Program-made: the position numbers and the translations under genes
Notes under the pieces: generated by a model
Told to the model about the DNA's origin: nothing
The model's input: only the letters and a program-made list of their open reading frames with translations
Databases searched by the model: none
Shown here: in pieces, positions 1 to 7,932 of the stretch
Numbering within the stretch: position 1 is the stretch's first letter
Layout of the letters: every line of letters starts with the position of its first letter
Assembly: GCA_017404555.1 (NCBI GenBank)
Contig: JAFRCD010000010.1
Coordinates: forward strand, 8,416 to 72,415
Direction: 5' to 3'
Length of the DNA stretch: 64,000 nucleotides
Source: Bacilli bacterium
Lineage (GTDB): Bacteria > Bacillota_I > Bacilli_A > RF39 > UBA660

Positions 1-2
1 AC

Positions 3-1058
3 TATGAAGGATCAGACGACATAGTAAACTTCAACATGACTAATGATGTCATGAAGACTTATTATAGTAGTCTAGGAGCTTGGCTAAGTGATACAGATAA
101 TTTCCAAACTAATATGGATACTAACTTTAATAATTATAATTGTTCAGAATGTACAGGCCCTAATTATCAAGCGTGCCCAACGCCAGCTGCTGGAAAGACT
201 CTATGTGATCAATCAGTTGGATATGCGACAGGAGTAAGTACTATAAATGTTTATGAATCAGATGAAACTACTAAGGAAAAAGGTCCTTTAGTTACTTATA
301 CTACTGTCAAAGAAGGAACCATTTATAATATGATTCCAGGAGAAACATATTATTGGGAAGATACTGAAGATTCTGATGTTCATGGTTATGTTAAAGTAAG
401 TGGTAATAGAAGAACAATTGCTTCTAATGTTCGTAATGTTCGTGATTTAGGAGGATTAGAAGTAGATCCTAATAATGATGGGGTAGTTGATGGTACTATT
501 AAATATGGAAAACTATTTAGAGGTGCCAAACTATCTAGTAGTGCTAGTGATGTTGCTGAATTACAAAAACTAGGTATTACTGAAGAAGTTGACTTAAGAG
601 GATCTTCTGGTGATGCTAAGTTTAGTAATTATAAAGGACGTAGTATTACTAATTATTTAATCTATTATGATACTTATAATACCAATTACTTAGTATTTAG
701 ACAGGCATTAACTGATACTATGCAAGAAGTAATAAATGGTGAAAATATTTATTTCCACTGTGCAATTGGTACTGATAGAACTGGTACTATGGCTTATTTC
801 TTAGAAGGATTACTTGGTGTTGATGAAGAAGATAGAGTAGAAGACTATGAACTATCATACTTTACTGGATTATTAAATCGTCATCGTTTCCATGATTATT
901 TGAGTGGTTCAAGTATTAATCCAAGGTTTACTACTATGCATAATACTTATAAGACAAATCAAGAAATCTATCAATACTTTATGGTAGGTAGTTCTGATAT
1001 TATAAGTGATCAACAATTAATTCAAAACTTCAGAGATACCGTGATTGATTATAATTAA
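3..1058 (+). CDS. Tyrosine-protein phosphatase-like protein (Y_phosphatase3-type), 5' partial
   Basis: The frame is open from nt 3 with no stop before the first ATG at 36, so the N-terminus probably lies upstream of the window. 'VRNVRDLGG', the CX5R P-loop 'HCAIGTDRTG' and 'DYELSY' match bacterial PTP-like phosphatases. Confidence 0.7.
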   Translation, partial: YEGSDDIVNFNMTNDVMKTYYSSLGAWLSDTDNFQTNMDTNFNNYNCSECTGPNYQACPTPAAGKTLCDQSVGYATGVSTINVYESDETTKEKGPLVTYTTVKEGTIYNMIPGETYYWEDTEDSDVHGYVKVSGNRRTIASNVRNVRDLGGLEVDPNNDGVVDGTIKYGKLFRGAKLSSSASDVAELQKLGITEEVDLRGSSGDAKFSNYKGRSITNYLIYYDTYNTNYLVFRQALTDTMQEVINGENIYFHCAIGTDRTGTMAYFLEGLLGVDEEDRVEDYELSYFTGLLNRHRFHDYLSGSSINPRFTTMHNTYKTNQEIYQYFMVGSSDIISDQQLIQNFRDTVIDYN

Positions 1059-1068
1059 TAATAAAATA

Positions 1069-1096
1069 AGTAGGATTTATAAAATCCTACTTTTTA
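1069..1096 (+). terminator. Rho-independent terminator
   Basis: Perfect 10-bp stem AGTAGGATTT/AAATCCTACT followed by a T-run. Confidence 0.7.
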
Positions 1097-1126
1097 TATG
1101 ATATAATCTATAATAGAGGTGTTGAT

Positions 1127-1663
1127 ATGTTTTATATAGGAATTATAATTATTTGTTTAGTAGGTACTCTTTTACATTTTACATATGAATGGAGTAATCA
1201 TAATAAATATGTAGCGATTTTTTCAGCTGTAAATGAAAGTACTTGGGAACATGTTAAAATATGTATAACACCAACTATTTTGTGGAGTATATATGAAATA
1301 TTTAAATATGGATTTAGTGGTAAATATTTAGTTGCTAAAAGTTTAAGTTTATTAACTATAATTGTATTAATACCAGTTTTATTCTATAGTTATACTTTAT
1401 TTACTAAAAAAGCAATCTTAGTTATTGATGTTATTTGCTTTTATATAACTGTAATATGTTCACAATTAGTATTTCAAAAAGTAATTGGTTTAGGCGCTAT
1501 GCCAAGTATTTATATTTGGTTGGGAGTTATTCTTTTAGCTCTTGAGATTGGTGCATATTTATATCTAACATTTAATCCATTTAAGAATCCGGTCTTTAAA
1601 GATCCAATTACGCATAGGTATGGTTTAGAAGGACATCCCTGTGAACACAATCACAAACATTAA
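1127..1663 (+). CDS. Integral membrane protein of unknown function with a His/Cys-rich C-terminal tail
   Basis: Several hydrophobic helices and a C-terminal 'GHPCEHNHKH'. An extended -10 (TGATATAAT) and an AGAGGTG RBS lie upstream. The gene ends 12 nt before the CDF gene. Confidence 0.6.
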   Translation: MFYIGIIIICLVGTLLHFTYEWSNHNKYVAIFSAVNESTWEHVKICITPTILWSIYEIFKYGFSGKYLVAKSLSLLTIIVLIPVLFYSYTLFTKKAILVIDVICFYITVICSQLVFQKVIGLGAMPSIYIWLGVILLALEIGAYLYLTFNPFKNPVFKDPITHRYGLEGHPCEHNHKH

Positions 1664-1675
1664 AGAGGTGATAAG

Positions 1676-2785
1676 ATGAAAAATAGAGAAAGAGAAGTTA
1701 TTAAGACAAGTATAATAAGTATACTAGCAAATATCATTTTAGCTGGATTTAAAGCTCTAGTTGGAGTAGTTGCGAATTCGATTGCTATTATCTCTGATGC
1801 TGTTAATAATTTAAGTGATGCCTTATCAAGTATTATCACAATAGTAGGAACAAAATTAGCTTCCAAGGCACCAGATAGAGATCATCCATATGGACATGGT
1901 AGAATTGAATACATGACTTCTTTAATTGTTTCAGCTATCGTTCTATATGCTGGTATTACAGCTCTGGTTGAATCAATTAAAAAGATTATTCATCCAGAAG
2001 TAGCTAATTATAATACTACAACCTTAATAATCTTAATAGCGGGTATTCTTGTTAAGTTTATATTGGGAATGTATGTTAAGAGAAAAGGAAAAGAAGTAAA
2101 TTCTGATTCTTTAGTGGCGAGTGGTTCGGACGCCTTTAATGATGCTATTCTATCTATTTCCGTTTTAGTATCAGCTTTAATCTATATGGCCTTTAATATA
2201 AGCTTAGAGGCTTATGTTGGTGTCTTAGTCGCAATCTTCATCATCAAGGCCGGTTTAGAGCTAATAAAGGAATCTGTTGATAATATGTTAGGTCTTAGAG
2301 TAGAAAGCGATTTAGCTAAAGCTATTAAAAAGGATATTAATAAGGAAAAAGACGTACAAGGAGCATATGATTTAATACTAAATGATTATGGACCAGATAG
2401 GTACCTAGGTTCTATTCATATTGAGGTTGCTGATACTTTATCTGCTGCTGATATTGATAAACTATCAAGAAGAATAACTAAAATGATTGCTAAAAAGTAT
2501 GGGGTAATATTACACACTATAGGAGTTTATTCAGTTAATACTAAAGATAAAGAGGGAATGGCGGCCAAAAAAGAGATTACAAAGCTTGTTTTTGCTCATA
2601 AAGGAATACTACAGATGCATGGTTTCTATATTGATAAAAAAGAAAAGACTATAAGCTTTGACATAATTATTGATTTTAAAATAAAGAATAGAGAAGAAGT
2701 ATATAAAGAAATATATGATGAAGTTAAAGAAAAATATAAAGATTATAAAATAGAAATAACCTTAGATATAGATACTAGTGATTAA
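1676..2785 (+). CDS. Cation diffusion facilitator (CDF) family divalent-metal efflux transporter
   Basis: Six-TM N-terminal domain with 'SDAVNNLSD' and 'HPYGHGRIEY' motifs. The C-terminal cytoplasmic domain is typical of CDF proteins. Confidence 0.85.
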   Translation: MKNREREVIKTSIISILANIILAGFKALVGVVANSIAIISDAVNNLSDALSSIITIVGTKLASKAPDRDHPYGHGRIEYMTSLIVSAIVLYAGITALVESIKKIIHPEVANYNTTTLIILIAGILVKFILGMYVKRKGKEVNSDSLVASGSDAFNDAILSISVLVSALIYMAFNISLEAYVGVLVAIFIIKAGLELIKESVDNMLGLRVESDLAKAIKKDINKEKDVQGAYDLILNDYGPDRYLGSIHIEVADTLSAADIDKLSRRITKMIAKKYGVILHTIGVYSVNTKDKEGMAAKKEITKLVFAHKGILQMHGFYIDKKEKTISFDIIIDFKIKNREEVYKEIYDEVKEKYKDYKIEITLDIDTSD

Positions 2786-2821
2786 TAGTATGGTATAATA
2801 ATTATGAAAGAAGGTGAAAAT

Positions 2822-2932
2822 ATGTCTATTTATGATTTAAAAGTCAAGAATAGAGAAGGCAATGTCATCGAAAGATATTCACCAACTTATAAACCAGAGG
2901 AAATGGAAGATAAGATTAAAGAATTATTATAA
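2822..2932 (+). pseudogene. Glutathione peroxidase remnant (36-codon in-frame fusion of N- and C-termini, catalytic core deleted)
   Basis: 'MSIYDLKVKNREGN' resembles the GPx N-terminus and 'VIERYSPTYKPEEMEDKIKELL' the GPx C-terminus (compare my recollection of B. subtilis BsaA, 'MSIYHMKV...' and '...IVGRYSPNTNPKELEDDIVKLL'). It retains an extended -10 TGGTATAAT (2791-2799), a GGTGA RBS and a terminator. Confidence 0.75.
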
Positions 2933-2933
2933 T

Positions 2934-2959
2934 AAACAGATACTTGTATCTGTTTTTTT
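2934..2959 (+). terminator. Rho-independent terminator
   Basis: AAACAGATAC/GTATCTGTTT perfect inverted repeat followed by a T-run. Confidence 0.75.
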
Positions 2960-2994
2960 GTAAAAAATGATATAATTAAATTGGATGTGATAGA

Positions 2995-3714
2995 ATGTCT
3001 GATGTTGAAAGATTACAAAAACTAATTGATGATTCTAATAATATTGTCTTCTTTGGTGGGGCAGGAGTATCTACTGAGAGTGGTATTAGAGATTTCAGAG
3101 GCAAGAATGGTTTATATAAGGAAAAGTACAAAGGTATTCTTCCAGAATATATGTTAAGTCATGAATGCTTGTTTAAAGAACCAAAATTGTTCTATGAATA
3201 CTATAAAGATAACATGAATTGTTCAGATGCCCAGCCAAATGTTATTCATAAGTATTTAAAAGAACTTGAAGATAAAGGAAAATTAAAGGCTGTTATTACC
3301 CAAAATATTGACGGGCTTCATCAAAAAGCCGGATCAAAAAATGTCTTAGAACTTCATGGAACAACTAATAGGTGTTATTGTACTGAATGTGGAAAAGAGT
3401 ATCCAGGAGAATATATTTTTAAAAGTGAAAGTATTCCTAAATGCTCCTGTGGGGGAATGATAAGACCAGATGTGGTCTTATATGGAGAAATGTTACCTGA
3501 TTCTTATAACGAAGCCGTTCATTATATAATGGATGCTGATTTAATGATAGTTGCAGGGACTTCTCTTACAGTACAACCAGCGAGTAGTCTATTAGGATAT
3601 TTTAAAGGAAAACACTTGGTGATTATCAATGATATGCCAACTCCATATGACTCGATGGCCGAGATAGTTATTAATAAATCACTAAAAGAAGTGTTTACAA
3701 AACTTAATACATAA
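2995..3714 (+). CDS. cobB: NAD-dependent protein deacylase, Sir2 family
   Basis: 'GAGVSTESGIRDFRG', 'QNIDGLH' and a Zn-ribbon 'CTECG...CSCGG'. Confidence 0.85.
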   Translation: MSDVERLQKLIDDSNNIVFFGGAGVSTESGIRDFRGKNGLYKEKYKGILPEYMLSHECLFKEPKLFYEYYKDNMNCSDAQPNVIHKYLKELEDKGKLKAVITQNIDGLHQKAGSKNVLELHGTTNRCYCTECGKEYPGEYIFKSESIPKCSCGGMIRPDVVLYGEMLPDSYNEAVHYIMDADLMIVAGTSLTVQPASSLLGYFKGKHLVIINDMPTPYDSMAEIVINKSLKEVFTKLNT

Positions 3715-3743
3715 AAAAAGCAAACCTTAATGTTTGCTTTTTA
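3713..3743. terminator. Bidirectional terminator between convergent genes
   Basis: AAAGCAAAC/GTTTGCTTT stem flanked by an A-run and a T-run. The stop codon of the minus-strand gene lies in the loop. Confidence 0.6.
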
Positions 3744-4386
3744 TTAACCTTTTTCCTCTTCTTTTACTGGCAACTGCCCAACAATAAGTATCATATACTA
3801 ACATTTGTTGTTGAACAAATGGTTCGTCAAGACGTTCAATAAAAGCTTCTAATTGTTTAGCTTTAGCACCACGATCTTTATCGTTAATACTACCATATAT
3901 ACCAACAATAATATCATTGTTACCACTATTATGAATATTTGTCCAATTCATAATATAAGCTGGTGAATAAGGGTTTTGTGTCATAAGAACGGTATCGCGT
4001 GGTAAAAGTATTGCTTCTGAATCTCTTACCGATAGGTGCTTAATTAATACTGGACGATCACCAAAAAGAGCAATATCACCTTTAATAACTCTATCTTCAT
4101 TTAAACGTTCTAACCCTTCAGTATAAGGAGTAACAATAGTAGTACGAAGTCTTTTAACAATACTATCATATTTACCCTTGCCAATTTCCAATGTTTTAGC
4201 ACTATTAACAGGTTCAATTTCATCTCTCATATGTCTCAACAACTCTAAATAATTACTACCTATTCTTTGTCTTTTTTCTATCCAATCAGAAAATTCAGAT
4301 ATGAATAAAGAAGAAGTAGGATCAACATTTTTTACTCCAGTAGCTTCGACAAATTGGTCTCTCAATGAGTGTAAGTATCTTTTCAT
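3727..4386 (-). CDS. Hypothetical protein, 219 aa, no recognised family
   Basis: Long ORF with a GGGGGGA Shine-Dalgarno and a consensus promoter upstream. I recognise no motif in it. Confidence 0.6.
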   Translation of the reverse strand: MKRYLHSLRDQFVEATGVKNVDPTSSLFISEFSDWIEKRQRIGSNYLELLRHMRDEIEPVNSAKTLEIGKGKYDSIVKRLRTTIVTPYTEGLERLNEDRVIKGDIALFGDRPVLIKHLSVRDSEAILLPRDTVLMTQNPYSPAYIMNWTNIHNSGNNDIIVGIYGSINDKDRGAKAKQLEAFIERLDEPFVQQQMLVYDTYCWAVASKRRGKRLIKSKH

Positions 4387-4416
4387 AAAAATCCCCCCAA
4401 ATACATAACGGCTATA

Positions 4417-4445
4417 ATTATATTATATTTAAAAAAATATGTCAA
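4417..4445 (-). promoter_or_regulatory. Consensus sigma-A promoter (TTGACA-17-TATAAT) for the 219-aa orphan gene
   Basis: The minus strand reads TTGACA tatttttttaaatataa TATAAT, with a counted spacer of 17 nt. Confidence 0.65.
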
Positions 4446-4711
4446 TTTTTCTAAATAACAAGCACTACAACAAAGGAGAAAACATATGGAAAAACCTAAG
4501 ATATATTTTTCTGAAAAATGGCAAAAAAGGTAAAGTGTAAATCGAACAAAATTAGATTTTTCAGAAAAAAGGAAAATCGCTAACACCACCAAATCGTTAT
4601 ATATCAACGAATAATAGTAAAACAGCAATTTGGAAAAATTCCAAAAAAATGAAAAAAACGAAATTTATGAAAAATAAAAATGTCAAATTTTTATTTTTTT
4701 TAAAAAACCTA

Positions 4712-4740
4712 TTGCAACCAAAAATTACTGGTGCTATACT
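4712..4740 (+). promoter_or_regulatory. Putative nrdD promoter (TTGCAA-17-TGcTATACT)
   Basis: TTGCAA at 4712-4717, a 17-nt spacer ending in TGc, and TATACT at 4735-4740. This is about 30 nt upstream of the nrdD ATG. Confidence 0.55.
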
Positions 4741-4771
4741 CGTATTAAAGTACAAGTGTGGAGGTAAAATT

Positions 4772-7075
4772 ATGAAAGGAAAAGGTGTGGAAGTTTCTAA
4801 TTTAACAGTAGTTAAAAGAAACGGAAAAAAAGTAGATTTTGATGGTTCAAAGATTGCTTTAGCTATCAAAAAAGGATTTGATAATGTCACTGTTACTAAT
4901 GGTGACGAACTAGAAAAAGTTTATACAGAGAAAGATATTCAAACAGTCTATAAGGAAGTCATCAAGGAAATAGAATCCAACTACAATGACAAGGTAAAGA
5001 TTGAACAAATTCAAGATTTGATTGAAGAAGCTTTAAAGAAAAAAGGTTACAACGATGTTTATGAATGCTTTTCTGAATATCGTGAACGTCGTAGTCAATC
5101 AAGAGAATTGTTCTCTGATAAAAAGAAGCTTCATAAGTTCCTAAAGACTATTGAAGGATTAGGACTAAAGAGTGCTAATGAAGATGACAACAAAAGAGAA
5201 AATGCCAATGTTGATGGTGATACTGCTATGGGAACAATGCTTCAATATGGTTCAACAGTATCAAAAGAATTTGCAAAAACATATTTAATGAAAAGCAAAT
5301 TTACTGAAGCCCATGAATCAGGTGCTATTCATATTCATGATATGGATTTCTTAGGAATGGGTACTACTACCTGTATGCAAATAGAACTAGATCGTTTATT
5401 TAAAAATGGTTTTTCTACTGGTCACGGACACTTAAGAGAACCACAAGATATTATGAGTTATTCTGCATTAGCAGCTATTGCTATTCAATCTAATCAAAAT
5501 GATCAACATGGTGGACAAAGTATTCCCGCCTTTGATTTCTATTTAGCACCAGGAGTATTAAAAACATTCAAGAAACAGTTTAAACAACATATCTATGATT
5601 ATTTAGATTATGAAGGAATGTTAGATTATATTAATATGGATACTGTTGCTAAAGAAATAGATAAACTAGATAGTATTACAGTTGATTTAAAGAAGTTTGC
5701 TAGATTCTATAAAGATAGTGATATCGTTAAAAGAGGTTTTGAAAAAGCCTATGAAAAAACACTAGCTAAGACTAATAGAACAACATTCCAAGCTATGGAA
5801 GGATTTGTTCACAACTTAAATACTATGCATTCTCGTGCTGGAGCTCAAGTTCCGTTCTCATCAATTAACTTTGGAACTGATACTTCTCCAGAAGGAAGAA
5901 TGGTAGCTGAAAATTTCCTTTTAGCGACTGATGAAGGATTAGGAAAAGGAGAAACTCCTATCTTCCCAGTATCAATCTTTAAAGTAAAAGAAGGAGTTAA
6001 CTACAATCCTGAAGATCCAAACTATGATTTATTTAAACTAGCATGTCGAGTATCAGCTAAGAGATTATTCCCTAACTTCGCTTTCTTAGATTCTAAGTAT
6101 AATTTAGACTTCTATAAGAAAGGCGATTTTAGAACTGAAGTTAGTTATATGGGATGCCGTACTAGAGTTATTGCTGATGTAACTGATCTTAATAATCAAA
6201 CAACTGGTGGAAGAGGAAACTTATCTTTTACATCAATCAATTTACCAAGAATAGCTATTAAACATGGTATTTGCTTAGGTGAAAGAGATAAAGCCGATAT
6301 GAAAGGCTTCTATAAAGAACTAGAAGAAATGTTAGAATTAGTTCGTGATCAATTATTAGAAAGATTTGAAATACAATGTAGTAAACACTCATATAATTTC
6401 CCATTCTTAATTGGACAAGGAGTTTGGACTAATGGTGATAAACTAGAACCAGGAGATAGAATGAGAAAGATTCTAAAACATGGAACTTTATCAATTGGGT
6501 TCATTGGTTTGGCTGAGACTCTTAAAGCTCTAATTGGTAAACATCATGGTGAAAGTAAAGAAGCTCAAAAGTTAGGATTAGAAATAATTGGTTTCATGCG
6601 TAAGACTTGTGATAAGTTTGCTAAAGAATATAATCTAAACTTTACCCTACTAGCAACCCCAGCTGAGGGATTATCTGGAAGATTTGTTAGTATGGATAAA
6701 GCCATTTATGGAAAGATAAAAGGTATAACTGATAAGACATATTACACTAATTCATTCCATGTGCCAGTTTATTACAACATAAGTATTAAAGATAAACTTA
6801 CACTTGAGGCACCATATCATGCTTTAACTAATGCTGGACATATCTCTTATATTGAATTAGATGGAGATACTGCTAATAATGTAGAAGCATTTGAAAGTGT
6901 TATTAGGTTAATGAAAGAATTAGAAATTGGTTATGGAGCTATTAACCATCCAGTAGATAGAGATCCAGTTTGTGGATACGTTGGGGTAATTAATGATGTA
7001 TGCCCTCTATGTGGAAGAAGAGAATCAGAAGGAGTTCCAATGGAACATCTTCAAGATATAAATTGTAAATGTTAA
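4772..7075 (+). CDS. nrdD: Anaerobic ribonucleoside-triphosphate reductase large chain (class III RNR), lacking the C-terminal glycyl-radical segment
   Basis: GGAGG RBS before ATG 4772. N-terminal ATP-cone 'VVKRNGKKVDFDGSKIALAIKKGF', 'LLATPAEGLSGRF', and a Cys finger 'VCGYVGVINDVCPLCG'. The ORF ends in tandem stops TAA TGA. Confidence 0.9.
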   Translation: MKGKGVEVSNLTVVKRNGKKVDFDGSKIALAIKKGFDNVTVTNGDELEKVYTEKDIQTVYKEVIKEIESNYNDKVKIEQIQDLIEEALKKKGYNDVYECFSEYRERRSQSRELFSDKKKLHKFLKTIEGLGLKSANEDDNKRENANVDGDTAMGTMLQYGSTVSKEFAKTYLMKSKFTEAHESGAIHIHDMDFLGMGTTTCMQIELDRLFKNGFSTGHGHLREPQDIMSYSALAAIAIQSNQNDQHGGQSIPAFDFYLAPGVLKTFKKQFKQHIYDYLDYEGMLDYINMDTVAKEIDKLDSITVDLKKFARFYKDSDIVKRGFEKAYEKTLAKTNRTTFQAMEGFVHNLNTMHSRAGAQVPFSSINFGTDTSPEGRMVAENFLLATDEGLGKGETPIFPVSIFKVKEGVNYNPEDPNYDLFKLACRVSAKRLFPNFAFLDSKYNLDFYKKGDFRTEVSYMGCRTRVIADVTDLNNQTTGGRGNLSFTSINLPRIAIKHGICLGERDKADMKGFYKELEEMLELVRDQLLERFEIQCSKHSYNFPFLIGQGVWTNGDKLEPGDRMRKILKHGTLSIGFIGLAETLKALIGKHHGESKEAQKLGLEIIGFMRKTCDKFAKEYNLNFTLLATPAEGLSGRFVSMDKAIYGKIKGITDKTYYTNSFHVPVYYNISIKDKLTLEAPYHALTNAGHISYIELDGDTANNVEAFESVIRLMKELEIGYGAINHPVDRDPVCGYVGVINDVCPLCGRRESEGVPMEHLQDINCKC

Positions 7076-7099
7076 TGAGGTAAGAAAGGAGATATAATT

Positions 7100-7270
7100 A
7101 TGAAAAAAACAGTAGGTGAAGGAGTAAAATTCGAAAGAATAAGAAGAGTAACAGGATATTTATCAGGCGATGTATCACGTTTCAATAATGCTAAGAGAAC
7201 TGAAGAACATGACCGTGTTAAACATACTGGTGTTAAAGAATTAATCGCTAATGCAAAGTGTGAAAAATAA
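7100..7270 (+). CDS. Stand-alone 56-aa glycyl-radical module of NrdD
   Basis: AAAGGAG RBS (7085-7091) lies 8 nt before the ATG. 'FERIRRVTGYLSGDVSRFNNAKRTEEHDRVKH' matches the NrdD C-terminal radical motif (RxxGYL...N.[AG]K..E...RVKH). It is in the same frame as nrdD, and its stop overlaps the nrdG ATG (TAATG). Confidence 0.75.
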   Translation: MKKTVGEGVKFERIRRVTGYLSGDVSRFNNAKRTEEHDRVKHTGVKELIANAKCEK

Positions 7271-7830
7271 TGACTATTAGACTAGCGGCATATTTACAAA
7301 GTGATTCGATAGTAGATGGTGAGGGCATTCGGACAGTTATCTGGACACAGGGGTGTCCTCATCATTGTTTAGGCTGCCATAATCCTGAGACTTGGGATTT
7401 TGCTGGTGGGGCTGAAGTACCTATCAGTGAAGTAAAAGAAATAATAGATGGTTTGGAAGGGCAAGATGGACTTACCTTTTCAGGTGGAGAACCTTTTATG
7501 CAACCTAAACAGTGTGCTGAAATAGCTAAATATGCCAAAAGCTTAGGTTATAATATTTGGTCATATTCAGGTTTTACTTTTGAACAATTACTTTCTTTAG
7601 GAAAGACTAAAAAAGAAATAATGGACTTCCTAAATGAAGTTGATGTTTTAGTAGATGGAAAATTCGAACTTTCTAAAAAGAGTTATAATTGTCTTTTTAG
7701 GGGATCTACTAATCAAAGAATAATTGATGTTAAAAAGAGTTTAAAAGCTAGGAAAGCTATTATTGATGATAAATACGAAAAAGTACCAAGTAAAAATGGT
7801 CGTAAGAGACAAGAAGGAGTTTATATTTAA
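7270..7830 (+). CDS. nrdG: Anaerobic ribonucleotide reductase activating protein (radical SAM)
   Basis: 'GCPHHCLGCHN' CxxxCxxC cluster motif, 'GLTFSGGEP', and position directly after nrdD. Confidence 0.9.
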   Translation: MTIRLAAYLQSDSIVDGEGIRTVIWTQGCPHHCLGCHNPETWDFAGGAEVPISEVKEIIDGLEGQDGLTFSGGEPFMQPKQCAEIAKYAKSLGYNIWSYSGFTFEQLLSLGKTKKEIMDFLNEVDVLVDGKFELSKKSYNCLFRGSTNQRIIDVKKSLKARKAIIDDKYEKVPSKNGRKRQEGVYI

Positions 7831-7834
7831 TAAA

Positions 7835-7866
7835 AAACACAGCTATAAGTTGTGTTTTATTTTTGG
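7835..7866 (+). terminator. Rho-independent terminator (copy A of a repeated hairpin)
   Basis: ACACAGC/GTTGTGT stem (one G-U pair), loop TATAA, then a T-run. Confidence 0.65.
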
Positions 7867-7876
7867 CTAAATACAA

Positions 7877-7905
7877 TTGCTATATTTATTAATCTTCGGT
7901 ATAAT
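7877..7905 (+). promoter_or_regulatory. Putative promoter TTGCTA-17-TATAAT
   Basis: Counted spacer of 17 nt. It lies upstream of the LicD-family gene. Confidence 0.55.
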
Positions 7906-7932
7906 TTAATTGGTTAAAAAAGGAGTACTTAA

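Noticed and set aside
4649-4771. 41-codon N-terminal extension of the nrdD ORF (tracked start at 4649).
   Set aside because: The extension is low-complexity Lys/Phe-rich sequence and contains the predicted promoter (4712-4740). The ATP-cone begins right after ATG 4772, which has a GGAGG RBS.
4387-4771. NrdR boxes or a cobalamin riboswitch upstream of nrdD.
   Set aside because: No pair of acaCwAtATaTwGtgt-like 16-mers could be found by eye. The region is far too AT-rich and unstructured for a B12 element. A matrix scan would be needed to be certain.
7073-7099. The nrdD split as a simple sequencing error, a single nonsense mutation, or an intron/intein.
   Set aside because: Two consecutive stops are followed by a correctly spaced RBS and ATG in the same frame. 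The gap is only 24 nt, which is far too short for an intron or intein. Pseudogenisation cannot be fully excluded, and this is stated in the finding.
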